From: Octopus bimaculoides
Lineage: Eukaryota
Direction: 5' to 3'
DNA: 64,000 bases
Assembly: GCF_001194135.2 (NCBI RefSeq)
Contig: NC_069001.1
Coordinates: 8,400,621 to 8,464,620, forward strand
The notes below the pieces were generated by a model, which worked only from the letters and a program-made list of their open reading frames with translations, did no database searches and was not told the origin of the DNA. The position numbers and the translations under genes were made by a program. This document shows, one piece after another, positions 37,101-51,569 of the stretch (position 1 is its first letter; the number at the start of each line of letters is the position of its first letter).

Positions 37101-40100
37101 CTGGTAGGGCACCACTGGAATGTCTCTGATTATAATATTGAATGTTTCCTAAATAGCATGATTAAATAATGAATGTACAGCATACAAATTAGACCAGCTA
37201 TTACAGCTAAATTCTGGTTCTTGTTTAATTTAAATAGCATTTACTATAAAGTTCCTTTCATGAGCAGAAAGCTGAAGGTATACCTGTCTTTTGGTAAGTG
37301 GTCCATAAATCAAATGACATGTCAGGACAATCTCTTTACTTAAATATGTGTGAAGAAGATAACAAGTTGTATTTATATCTGTCTTAAGATTCACAGTGAA
37401 GGCTTTAAAAACTGTAGTTTGACCATTTTTAACTAATCTTAGGTTTCTAATATAAGCAGTACTGTGCATAAAACTATAAATATACTTAAATGTGTGTGTG
37501 TACATGCATACATGCATGCATGTGTATATCTATATATGGGTATAAAACACATGCACAGTACAGGTGTTTGTAAAGTATTCAATGCGGAGGTGGTCATGCT
37601 GATTGAATATCTGAGAAACTTATCCATCCTGTCAACAAAGGAATGTTTCCTAAATAGTGTAGGTGCTATGTGCAATAAATTATCTGACCAAAAATTCAAA
37701 CGGAAACTAGCACAGATACAAAAGATCAACAAAAAAAGAATTAGGGGAGGGGTCTTTATATGGTTGTTCAGTCTGCTCAAAAATGCAGTCAAATTTCCCT
37801 GATACCACACCCTATTATCTTAAATAGGGAAGAACCCTTTAGACCAGTGGTTCTCAACCAGAGTCCATAAGTTCAAAATATCTTTTGTCTTTTACTTGTT
37901 TCAGTCATTAGTCTGTGGCCATACTGGTGCACCACCTTGAAGAATTTTTATTTGATTGAATTGATCTCAGTACTCATTTTTTTTTTAAAGCCAGATATTT
38001 ATTCTATCAGTCTCTTTTGCCAAACTGTTATGTTACAGGGATGTAAACAAACCAACACTGATTGTAAAAGCAGTGCTCAGAGACATACACAGACACAAAA
38101 AAAACACACATATATATGACAGTCTTCTTTAAATCTCCATCTACCAAATTCATTCACAAGGCTTTGGACACCCCAAGGTTATAGTAAAAGGCACTCACCC
38201 AAGGTGCCACAGAGGGGGACTGAACCCAGGACCATGTGATTGGGAAGCAAGCTTCTTACCACATGGCCACATCTTACACTTATTTGTAGAAAATTTGAGT
38301 ATTATTTCTAGGAGGGTGTTTTATTAGCTCCTGTATAAACCTTGTTGAATTAATTAATAGAATTGCAAAATAAATAGACTTGAAACAGACTGAAGGTTGA
38401 TCCCCAGTATTTGACTAGTACAATATTCTATCAACCCCAAAAGGGTGAATCCAGCAGAATTAGAATTCAGAATGTAAAGAGCAAGAAGAAATACCACACA
38501 GCATTTTCTCCAATGCTCAAATGATTTTGTCAATCCACTCCACTCATTAGCATATTAGTAATAATAGTAGAAAAGCAAAGAGCAAATTCAAAGAGTATAA
38601 TCCAATAAACTAATCCAAAACAAATTTAATCTGAGATTTTCTTTCTTTTTTTTTTTTTTAAATAAAAAAAAATACCTTTATGATGGCTGACTGAACACTT
38701 GTTCGTGTGTTGGCAAACTGACAAAATAATTGAAAACCGGATCAAAAACACCTGGTTGAGTTACAGCATGTAGAACCTCATATAGTTTTATTGATTAGCG
38801 ACAGCAATGATAAATTATATACAAAGCCAATGAGGGGGACAAAGGTAATACATGATAAATGAATCTGCTAAAAATAATGTCCGGATTTCCCTCAACTGTC
38901 TTACAAAAGCAGGACACATTAGATAATGTAATGTCTAAAAAGACAGTATGATCATGACTGGAATGCCTTTAATCCTTTAGCATTTACATGAGCCATATCC
39001 AGCCCAAATATTCAACCTGCTTTTGGTTCAGACCAACCAGATGATCTGGCATGTCACACATAGCCTACAATATCATCATACGAATGAGCAATCACATCAT
39101 CGAAATCTCAAAAGTATAAGATGATACATAATTAATTCAAAATAACATGAATAAATAGGCGTTGCATTTGAAAGGGTAATATGACTGCTAAATGAGTAAT
39201 CATAAACCTTCTTCATCAATGCTGACCCAAGACGAAACAACAACAATGCAGTGAAGCTAAAGAATGCCTCAGAAGTTATTTACCCAGAGAAAAGACCTTA
39301 TAGATATATGTATTAAGATATCACCTATTCACAGAAAATATGTATATCTATGTAGGATAGGTTACATTTAGATGTCTCAGTTTACAAGTACACATGTTAG
39401 AGCTAAGTTTTAATATAGGTATTATAAAAGTATGGATTAGCAGAACCTGTTGATGTTGGACAAAATATCTTGTAGTATTTTGGTCATGCATTTTTATACT
39501 TTGTGTTTGTGTTCAAATCTTACTGCAGTTCACTTTTATTGACCCCCAAAGGCTGAAAGACACAGTCGACCATGGAAGAATTTGAACTCAGAACATGAAG
39601 ACAGATAAAATGCTGCTAAGCATTTCACCCAGCATGTTAACATTTCTGCCAGCAAAAAAGGTATTAAGAAATAAATGCAACAGTTTGCAGATCTGTCACA
39701 CCCACATAAATATATGAATGTCTGATCATGAAATAGAGTGAAAGCAAAACTTTTTCTTGAAAAAAATTTTTTAATTTTAAAACACGGATTACAAAACTAG
39801 ACAGATACTCAGAGAAAGAGCGAGAGACAGAGACACGCAACCATAGAAAGATAGTCAGGTAAATAAATAGAAAGATGGTTGATAATTAGATAAATACACA
39901 AGTAGGTAGATATATAAGAAAGATAGCCAGGTAGAGAGAGAGAGACATAGAAATACAGACAGACAGGTAGGTAGGTAGGTAGATAGATAGATAGATAGAT
40001 GTAGGGCAGAAAATTGGGAACTCTGTTGATGTAGCAGCCTGGCTGTAGGTCACCACCATATATGGTATTACTGAGCAAGGATAGTTACATTTGTCACAGT

Positions 40101-42070
40101 ATAGAGTGGGAGGGGGGAGTGGAAGTGTGATGGGAGGAGTGAGAGAAAAGAAGGAGAAAGAGGGAGAAAAAGAAACACTGTCACAGAGGAACATGCAAAC
40201 ATAAAACGAGAGAGAGAGAGAGAGAGAGAGAGAGGGGGAACCAATACAAAAGAGAAGAAAGAGAGAGAGATAAAATAGGTGTTTATATGACATGGCTATA
40301 CAGGAGGGTCATGGTATCCTACACACACATCATACAAAGATATACACACACATACATTATACAGAGACTACACATACATTATACAGAGACTACACACACA
40401 CACACACACACCACCACCACCACCATGTACTTTTGCATAACAAATATACAGGCACAAAAGTCAACAAGGGAGCCTCTATTGGTCTGCTAGAAATAGCAGC
40501 CAAATAATCCTTGAATTGCACCTTAGCATCTGAAATAAAGGAGTCTCTGGACAATGCAGTCCCTTAATATGCAAGAAGATGAGATGCTCAGTGGTTGGAA
40601 TACCACTGATCATTGAGTTTGTGGATCAGTGCTGACCTGGGGCTAAAGCATCAACCACTCCAGCCCACATGGAAGCTTCCAACTGACTACTCCACTTGCT
40701 AGAAATAGCAGCTACATTCCCTACAGATCATACCCTGGAATATATGGTCCTGGATACCTGAAAATTAGATAGAATGGTCATGCTTGAAAAGTTTTGATTA
40801 TAAATATTGTAAATAGCACCGCCAAACACTAAGTGACCCATACAGGTATGTGTGGGGAGGGAGAGGTCAAGCAAGGAATGGTGGTCAAGATGCAATGGTA
40901 ATGGTGGTAGCAGTGATAGTAATCATGCCGGTGGTGGTGGTCATTAACCCTTTCGATACCAACCTGGCTGAAACTGCCTCTGGCTCTGTAATACCAATAT
41001 TTTGTTTTCACAAGTTTTGAATTAAAATCTTCCCCTCAAACCTTAGTCACAATTTATGTTCCTAACACCAGCTTAACTAAGTTATTTTACTAAATTCTTT
41101 GTTACATTTAAAATTAATTGAAAGAAACACAGAGCATCTCAAAATAAATACGGTAACAAAAGGGTTAAGGAATAGCTGAAGAAAGGTGAGAACATAAGAA
41201 AAATATCTTGCTATATTTCTTCTGATTCTAAGACAGTAAGCCGGTAGAATCGCTAACACACTGGGGAAAATGCTTTGCAGCATTTCATTCATTCATTCTT
41301 ATGTTTTTAAAGCAGCAAGCTGGCAGAATCATTAGCATGCCGAGCAAAAAGCTTAGCAGTATTTCATCTATCTGCACATTCTGGGTTCAAATTCTGCTGA
41401 AGTTGGCTTTGCCTTTCATCCTTTCGCGGGTCGATATATGAAGTACCAGTTGAACACTGGGGTTGATATAATCGCCTAGAACCCTTTCCCAAAATTCTTG
41501 GCCTTGTACCAAAATTTGAAAATAATATTTCTTCTGATTTAAAGGTGGTGAGCTGGCAGAATTATTAGCACACCAGGTAAAATACTCAGCAGTATTTCTT
41601 GTCTTCATGTTCTGAGTTCAAATTCAGCCAAGTTTTTATGGGGTTGATAAAATACGTACCAGTTGCACACTGTGGTCGATGTAATCGACTTTCCCCTCTC
41701 CCAAAATTGCTGGCCTTGTGCCAAAAGCTGAAATCAATATTTCTTCTGATTAAAGCAGCACACTGGCAGAGTCATTAGCATGCAGAGTAAAATGCTCAGC
41801 AGCATTTTGTCAGTCAATACATTCCAAGTTCAAATTCTGCCGAGGTCAACTTTTGACTTTCATCCTTCTGGGGGTCAATAAAGTTCTGGGGTTGATATAT
41901 AAAAATATACATACATACATACATACATACATACACATAAGACTATATTTCATTTTTGATTTGGTCAACGATTATTGAAATGGTTGCAAGATGCAATGGA
42001 AATCTTAGAAAAAATAATTATTTGTTGAATAAAATTTGTTGAAAAAAAACTGCAATAATTATGCACCAAC

Positions 42071-42116
<46 letters not shown>

Positions 42117-42586
42117 NNNNNNNNNNNNNNNNNNNNNNNNNNNNNNNNNNNNNNNNNNNNNNNNNNNNNNNNNNNNNNNNNNNNNNNNNNNNNNNNNNNN
42201 NNNNNNNNNNNNNNNNNNNNNNNNNNNNNNNNNNNNNNNNNNNNNNNNNNNNNNNNNNNNNNNNNNNNNNNNNNNNNNNNNNNNNNNNNNNNNNNNNNNN
42301 NNNNNNNNNNNNNNNNNNNNNNNNNNNNNNNNNNNNNNNNNNNNNNNNNNNNNNNNNNNNNNNNNNNNNNNNNNNNNNNNNNNNNNNNNNNNNNNNNNNN
42401 NNNNNNNNNNNNNNNNNNNNNNNNNNNNNNNNNNNNNNNNNNNNNNNNNNNNNNNNNNNNNNNNNNNNNNNNNNNNNNNNNNNNNNNNNNNNNNNNNNNG
42501 TGTGTGTGTGTGTGTGTGTAGAACAAATACATAATTTTACTCTGTATATATGTGCACAAGTATTTATAGATTTACAATACACACAT

Positions 42587-42621
<35 letters not shown>

Positions 42622-45119
42622 GTTGCAAATGAGTATATACTCATATACATTATTTTTTACATAATATGCACACATATTCAGTGTGTGTATGTGTGTGTGT
42701 GTGTAATATATTAATTTTGTTTTACATATAAGTACACGCCCGTATTTTGTATAGTTACATATGCACATATATTCCATGTGTGTGTGTGTGTGTGTGCACT
42801 AAGATGTATCTATGTGTCTATGTACGTGTATATGTAAAGATATGTGTGTGTGTGCATGCATATGTATATGTGTGTGCATATATGTACACACACACACACA
42901 CATTCAAAGTGTGGGAGAGTCAAGTGCATATCTTTTGTAATGAAAATCCACTACTTGTAGGTGACCACGACTACAAATGGTGGGGGTGTGGGAACTGGAT
43001 TATCTAAAACTTTCATATTTTTACGCTAAGCCAAAATAACTAAAACTGGAAATTCGAATTTTTGTCGAAACTTAATTATAAATTTTATCAAGTCCATAGA
43101 TAACTTTCAGCTCTATGAGATCTGGGGCTCAATTGCATTGTGTTGCACCTTTCTGTCACAGGTTCCAGCCTCTTCTGCAGTGTGATGGCTTTCATGCCTT
43201 CACCCTTTGGCATTCAGATTATTCTATTAAATGTAATGCTTATTTATTAACATAGTTTTGAATTAATCATGAATTATCTTGTAGCTTCAGGAGGTTGACG
43301 ATGTGGTAGTTTACTTTTAAAATGGCATTGTAGAGTAGGTGTGAGATGCCAGATTTAGCCATTTGAACATCAAGTAGGTAGAATATTTTGGCTGGATATG
43401 GTCAGTTTAACCCTTTTGTTATCATATTTTTGTTGAGATGCTCTGTGTTTCTTTCAATTAATTTTAAATATAACAAAGAATTTAGTAAAATAACTTAGTT
43501 ATCATTAAGCTAGCGTTAGGAACATAAATTGTGATTAAGGTTTGGTGGAAGATTTTAATTCAGAACTTTTGAAAACAAGACATTTGTACTAAAGAGCCAG
43601 AAGCGGTTTCAGGCGGGTTGATATCAGAAGGGTTAAATGCTAAGGGTTAATGACCTGGAAAGCCATATCAACAAAATGCAAGTTCTTCGTAGGGCCTCTC
43701 ATGCTAGACAGGTCAAAAGGATAGAAGCCAGACTAATATGGATCACCTCTTCCCAGAGGTAAAAATGGGTTTATATAGGGCTAATACTCCACTTTGAAAT
43801 GATTGCAATTCAAAGCTAACAAGCCTTGGGAGAGGAAGTCCTTCCCTCAAGGAGGCAGGATACTGAGGCAGAGCTGAAAATGCAGGGGTCCAACTGGATG
43901 GAAGCAGAAAAGATAGCAGAGTTGAGAACAGTGGAGAAAAGTTGTCAATAGCCTACGCTCTATAGGGAACAAAGGGTTTAAAGCAAAAACAAGGGCCTTC
44001 CTCTGCCAGATCTTGCTGATTTTGAATTGCCATCAGTGCTTCTCTAACTTCACTGTTTTTCTAAATAGGTATGTTGGCCCTATGCAAACCCCTGGGAAGA
44101 AGTGGTCCACATTAGTATGGCTGCTCTAAGGTGGTGAGCTGGTAGAACAGTTAGCGTGCGGAGCAAAATGGTTAGTGGCATTTCATTAATCCTTATGTTC
44201 TGAGCTCAAATTCCACAAAGAACAACTTTGCCTTTCATCCTTTTGGGGTTGATAAAATAAGTACCAGCTGAGCACTGGGGTCAAGGTAACTGACCTACTC
44301 CTCCCCCAAAATTGCTGGCCTTGTGCCAAAATTTGAAGCCAATATTAGTCTGGCTGCTATTCTTTGACCTGTCCAGCATGGGAGGCCCTGCCAGAAGCTT
44401 GCACTCCACTAAAATTGCTCTCGGGGTCATTGAGACATACAAGGCAACACACCACAAGAACTGAACCTTGTGGTAGCCTGACTTAGCTGACCTAAGACCA
44501 AAAACATTCTGGCAGTTGCCATCCTATCTTTATTAATCTGATCTAGTGTATGCAAGACTACGTTACTCAAGGTGCATTTCCACTTTAAGAGAGTAGGATC
44601 TAATAAGGTTGCTATTTGAAGAAGGACAAGTAATTGTCATAGTAGTAGATGTGGTTGATGATGATGATGATGATGTTTAGCTCAAGATCTGCCCTTATCT
44701 GAAAAGACTTATGCTCAAAGGTACCCCAGTAGTAACCATCCCACTTTTTAAAACTTTTTATTCAGACATAGTATAACACTACATTCTTGAATGTGTCCTT
44801 TCTTTTGTTAAGACAGCAGGGAGTGATTTTCAGGTTAAGCAACCTTATGGGGGTTCCCCTTGAATGGGCCTTTATTGAATTGTAGCTAATGTATTGGCAA
44901 ACAAAGAGAAAATCCACGCCTTTAAACATTCAGACATTAGATAATGTAGGCCTAAATACACTATGCCATTTCACTTTTTCTTTTAAAACAGCATGGCATG
45001 ATTTGGTTTCTGTTTCTGTTAGGTCAAGCAATTACAGAGACAGTTTCTTTTCTCTCCTTCTCTTTCTCTCTTTATCTATCTATCTACCTATCTATCTAGC
45101 TAGCTAGCTAGCTATCTAC

Positions 45120-45158
<39 letters not shown>

Positions 45159-48100
45159 CCTATCTATCTATCTAGCTAGCTAGCTAGCTAGCTCATAGCT
45201 CCCTGTTGTACAGTAGGTAGACAAGGGAGAGACGCACACCTTTAATCAAATAATGTATCTTAATAGCAATATTTTGTGAGGTTTCCTCTAAATATTACAA
45301 AATATGTCAAAAACCACTCCTGAAAATAAATACTGAAAGAGAAAAACCCTGTCGTATTTAATATGGCCTACGAACTCAACTCACCTCCCCACCCAGTTTT
45401 GGCCCTCTCAATTTTCTTTCACACTGACACGCACACACATATACATGTGCACTGACAATAACAGAAACACTGACTTTAATAATGTACACACGCACACACA
45501 CACACAGAGTAAAAACTAGCACTCACATATGTACAAGTACACTATCTGTTTACAAGTTAATACGAAACATGAGTTTTCAATAGACTTGATAGGACCTCGC
45601 ATGTAATACAATAAGTTGAAAAACTTCTGCTTAGTCAAGATTATCAGTGCATTAAGTAAACAAAACCCCTTCAAGAGTTATTTATATCTAAATCTAAAAA
45701 CAACAAGCAAAGATCACTCTAATGATATCAAACAAACACATAACAATGCAACTAGGGGTGAATCTTATCTTTAAAGTCAATGATTATGGTAGTTGTTGTA
45801 TGGGCCCAGGTCAGTTCTGATCCAACAGAACTATAACCAAAGGCATTCCAGCCGTGACCATCATGTATTTTGGTACATGAGGGGTTGCTGAAAAGATCTT
45901 GGCTTTAAGGGTATCGCAAAAGGCCTGGTTGGAGTCCAAACCCTCTGAGTTCTTTCACAAGGCTCAGAAAAATGGAAAGACCACTGCAATAAGTGTGTGA
46001 ATCTGAGAAGGGAATATGTTGAATAAAATCATAATTAACTGATCCTTCTGTATTTTCTTCTACCCAAAGCCAGGAACTTTTCATCACCCCCTCATGTATA
46101 GAGCAATATTATGCAATGTGTTCTTCCTTTTTTATTTTAAGTAGGCACTATTTAAGTGATATTTGACAGTTATTTCTAGCATGTCATGTGACCACATAGA
46201 AGGCCCCCATATTAGTTCCATCATTAGGTGACGAGCTGGCAGAATCGTTAGCATGCCGGGTGAAATGCTTAGCAGTATTTCGTCTGCCGTTAGGTTTTGA
46301 GTTCAAATTCCACCGAGGTCGACTTTGCCTTTCATCATTTCAGAGTCGATAAAATTAGTACCAGTTACGTACTGGGTCGATGAAATTGACTTAATCCCTT
46401 CCCCCAAAATTTGAGGCTTTGTGCTTCCAGTAGAAAGGATTATTATTATCATTAGTTACTTCATTAGGCGGCGAGCTGGCAGAATCATTAGCATGCTGGA
46501 CGAAATGCTTAGCAGTATTTCACCTGTTGCTACGTTCTGAGTTCAAATTCCACTGAGGTCAACTTTGCCTTTCATCCTTTCAGGCTTGATAAACTAAATA
46601 CCAGTTGCAGACTGGGGACGATCTAATCGACCGGCCCCCTCCCCCCAAATTTCAGGCCTTGTGCCTATTACAGAAAGGATTATTATTAGTTAGCTCACTA
46701 TATAAACTCTATCTCTTTATTAGGTTAAATACTAAATTATTTAATTACAACCTGCCATAAAAGGAGATATATAGCTGTAGGTTTGAAAGTGAGAGCGAGA
46801 GAGAAAACAAGGTTCACAAGACAAATAGAATCAAAGATAATCTTTTTAATTCGTTAAAAATGTGGAAGAGAAAGAACTGAGACAACCTTTCTGAATTGTA
46901 GTTGTTGTTGTGTTGGTAGCGGTAGTGCTGGTGATGCTGGTGCTGATAGTGCTGGTGGTGGTACTGGTGTCAGCAAAGTATTAGTAGCGCTGGTTCAATG
47001 TTGTTGTTTAGCCTTGAGTTGGCTCTGAGAAGAGTTACGATCAAAGGCATTCCACCCATGACCATCCCGTTGATTTTTATTGTCTTTTGTTTTCAAAACA
47101 GTGTGCCAATGGAGCAGATTTAGTACAAGCTCCATCCATAACTCAAAAGCCCTCAAAAACCTTCCAACTATGACCCTCCAACAATATTACACTGACCAAT
47201 GCGTCGTTTCATTTTGTTAGACAGTATACTATGATTTGGGGGATTTGGCTATTATTTCTATTGAGTAAAAGCTCCTTCTTTGGTTCTAAATCTACAGGTT
47301 ATTGTTGCTGTTTAACTCCCAGGTCAGTCCTCAAAAATGTTCCCACTATGACCATTCCATTTATGACATAGTTCAATACTGTAGATGATAGTGAATGATT
47401 TGAGGAAGATTTAGCTGCTATTTCAATATGACAGGTCAAGTAACTAATACAATAAGTCGCATTGGTTCATAAGAAATCGCAGTAATTCGATAAAATGATA
47501 TTTTTTTCTGAGAGCAGGCATGGCCATGTGGTTAAGAAGTTTGGCTTCCCGTCCACATGGTTTCAAGTTCATACCCAGTGTGTGACATCTTTGGCAAGTG
47601 TCTTCTAAGACTATAGCATTGAACCAACCAAAGCCATGTGAGTGAATTTCGTAGATGGAAACTGAAAGAAGTTCATCATTTTGCGTGTGTGTGTGTATGT
47701 GTGTGTGTGTGTGTGTGTTTATATGTGCATCTAGGACTACATTGTCCAGTGTTTTCTTCTATTTTTAACAGAATAGGGTATGATTCAAGGATAGATATCA
47801 CTGCTATTTTTAGGAAGCCAAGCAACCTATGTAGAGGCTCCTCCATTGGCTTGTGGTTCTCATACGATGATGATGATGATATAGTTATTGTTTAACCCCG
47901 GTTCAACTCGAAATCAAGTAAGTACAGTTATGATTCAAAAGTGACTCAGCTGTCACTATCCAGTTTTTGTGTTTATTTAGGACTACACAGTCCAATCATG
48001 CCCTTCTTTTTGAAAGACAGCAAGGTGCGATACAAAGGGAGATTTAGCTACTATTCCTTGCAGGACAGGCACAGACATAGACGTTTAGACGTTGCACTTA

Positions 48101-51100
48101 CTCCTACAAAAGAAGTTTACACTAATGACGATGAAAAACTCTAGTTTACAGCCACCAGATCACACCACCTTTTGAAGTGGTGGTGGTGGTGGCGCGGGTG
48201 CAACAGAATTAAACAATGCATATTTCAAAGGGTGTGTCAACTTGTGCAAAGTTCACACGTACAACTGAAATGATAGATAGCCAGGGGAAGAAGAGAGGGT
48301 TTTAGTAGAAGGGACGTTTTTCTTTCTTCCTTTTTTTCCTTTTGCTTTTTTTTTTTGTTTTGTTTTGTTTTTTTGTATTTTGTATAAATTTATGCAACAT
48401 AACGTGCCGAAATAGCTGTAGTGAAAATAAACAAACTACTTATAGACTTCAAATATCAAAACATTAAAAATGTTTAAACCACTGAGAGTTTTTACCAAAG
48501 AATTTGAAGCATTTAGAAGTTGTTATCGTTGTTGTTGTTGTTGTTATGACTTTTATTTTATTTTATATCTTGCAATTTGTGAACACTAATAACGTTGGTT
48601 ATAGGTTTTCAAAAGGCTAATTATCGGTTCACTGCATTTTCCAATGGGAAAATGACAAGAGGGTGCTGTCAGTGCAACTCGGTGAGCAGAATAAATACCT
48701 AAAAGAATTTTCCCAGGTCAGCCCTGATTCAACAGACCTATGACTAAAGGCATTCCAAACCATGACCATGTTATCCTTTATTTTATTTTATTTTATTTCA
48801 TTTTAAGGTACAGTGTACTCCTAAATGTATTATTGAATATGTCTGGCCTTTTTTTTTTTTTTTTCTTGAATGGTAGAAAGTACGAGGGTGAGTCAAAAAG
48901 TAATGCCATTTTGTTCAGGACAGGTATAATTACCAACACAGGGACATGTATCATACATCAAAATGAAGCTGGTCCTCTGTGGATCACATCCTTACTTCTC
49001 AACATAGTTACTGTTTCTCTCAATAGCAATGTTCCACCTTCAAATGAGAGCATGTATCCCTGCCCCGTAAAATTCTGTTGACTGTTGTTCTTTGAGCCAC
49101 TTCTTCAATACAGTTTTCTCTTCTTCGTCACTGGAATAATGTTTGCCTCTCAAACCCTCTTTCATGGGGCCAAAGAGATGATAGTCTGACAGCTAGTGCT
49201 GCTGCTGCTGGGTTAGCATCAGAGCAGCTGTGAAGGCTTGGTGGCTAGGGTATTCGGTTCACGATTGTAAATCTAATATTCAGCGTTGTGTTGTGTTCTG
49301 GAGCAAGGTGTTTTATTCCACATAGCTCTCTAGTCCACTCAGCTGGCAAAAATGAATAGTACTTGCATTTCAAAGGGGCCAGCCTTGTCACATTCTGTGT
49401 CACGCTGAATCTCCCTGAGAACTACATTAAGGGTACATGTATCTGAGGAGTGCTCAGCCACTTCAAGTGCAGTCTGTTCCACTGATCAAATCACCTGAAA
49501 CCCTCATCATCATAACTAATGGAATGCCAGTTTAGCAATGATTGAGCAAACACAGAATGATAAATATTCCAATGATGATTATCCTACTCTTTCCCTAGGC
49601 ACAGTACAACTATGACCCCATTAGCCAATGAATCCTTCATCTTTTTTTTTACAAACAAAAGGTGGTAAGTTGTGGTTTGAAGGAGATTTTACTTGGGGAC
49701 TTAGTTGCTATTTATAGATAGTAAAGCTAATTTCAGGAAAATTTCACTGCTATTTCTAAAATGTATAATGTGATTTAAGAGAGATTTGGTTGCTATTTCT
49801 AGAATATTAGGGGTGATTTGAAAGAGCTTTAGTTGTTATTCTTTAATGGTAAGATGTAATTTAAGAGAGATTTGGCTGCAATATCTAACCATTAAAGAGA
49901 AATTTAAAGAAAATTTGGCTGCCATTTCCAGCAAGATGAGTGACCATGCAGGAAAATGTGGGCAAACATTATGTAAATAAGAAAGTATATTATATTCAAA
50001 GGGATTGGTTCTAGAACAGAAGTGACAAGGTGAGCCGAAATGTTTTATCAGCTGAAGTCTTAAATTTGACACCAACAAAAACATCAATAGCAGTTATGAG
50101 AGATTCAAGTTGCGGTTATTAATGACACATGAAAGATTAAAGGAATTTATGCCCCAAACATTCATTTCTTAGCAACAATTTTTGAATGATTGAATCACAA
50201 AAACACATGAATAATTTCCCACTTATTTATTCCACTAGAACAGTAGTTCCCAACCTGGTGTCCACTGACCCCTGGTGCACCGCAAAGGTAGTACTGGGGG
50301 TCTTTAAACTAAATTCAAAATTCCATATATATATATAATCATCATCATAATCGTTTAACGTTCGCTTTCCATGCTAGCATGGGTTGGACGATTTGACTGA
50401 GGGCTTGCAAGCCAGGCTCCACCAGGCTCCAATCTAATCTGGCAGAGTTTCTACAGTTGGATGCCCTTCCTAACGCCAACCACTCCGAGAGTGTAGTGGG
50501 TGCTTTTACGTGCCACCGGCACAAGGGCCAGTCACACAGTACTGGCAATGGCCACGCTAAGCATATTGAAAGGGATCTGTGGGAAAACTCGTTTAAATAA
50601 AGGGGTTGGGAACCACTGCACTAAAATGATTTTTTTATTAGTTGCCCCTCCCCACTCTCCAGAGAAGGGGTAGGGCCTATGCCGTTTAATTTTTAGGGCC
50701 ACCAAGAAGGAAGAAGGGAGAAAGTTATCCTTAACCCTTCAGCATTTAAACCAGCCATATCCAGCCCAAAATATTCTACCTGTTTTATGTTCAAACAAGC
50801 TAGATTTGGCCTCTCATACCTATCCTACAATGTCGTTGTAAAAGTTAACAGTAACCTCATCAAAATCTCAAAGCTACAAGATAATATATGGTTAATTCAA
50901 AACAACATGAATAAAAAAGCATACACTATAAATGATCACTGCATTAGGGACAATAAAAATTTGCAAGACCTTCAGATTTAAAGACGGATGAACAAACAAG
51001 ATGCTTTCCTTCACAAACTTGCTATTTTAGCCAGTTTGGCCAGTGAAAATTAATAAGGAAAAATTAAACAAGAAAATAAGAAAACACATGCACACACACA

Positions 51101-51538
51101 CACATAAACATCAATGCACACCCATCAAGGAAACCATTGTTTCAATGGAGATTGTTAACTTTTCTACCTCTATTTTCTGAGAAGCCAGTTAAAGTGGCTT
51201 TCCATCAAATGTAGACATTTGCCCATTGTTGCTTGGTGTTTTTTGTTGGATCTTTTTTTTCCATTTTTTATGCAACCAAATTGATGAATTTTTCGCTGCT
51301 AATTATTATTAATACAAATATTATATTTTATATATTTTGTGTGTGTGTATGTGTGTAATTAGACATTTGCATTTTGTTGTGAGGTAATTGTATGGCATAC
51401 TGAACTAAACAATGGAATAGGAGTGGAGCCTGTTGTTAACCAGACTGAAGCCAGGTATGTGTGTATGGTACATATACACATGTACATGTATGCATGTATA
51501 TTTATGAATAATATGTATATATATGTGTGTGTGTGAGA

Positions 51539-51569
<31 letters not shown>

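Noticed and set aside
37540-37800. 123-aa minus and 112-aa plus ORFs
   Set aside because: No splice signals in phase with either gene; at most a faint LINE 3'-end relic, too weak to annotate.
40020-40072. Minus-strand phase-2 frame [17 protein letters not shown] as the missing linking exon
   Set aside because: It would need a GTTCCC donor, which is very weak; unsupported.
45527-45626. Minus-strand 100-nt open frame with GTGAGT donor ([14 protein letters not shown]...)
   Set aside because: Weak acceptor, and phase 0-1 does not fit the required phase 2-to-0 link.
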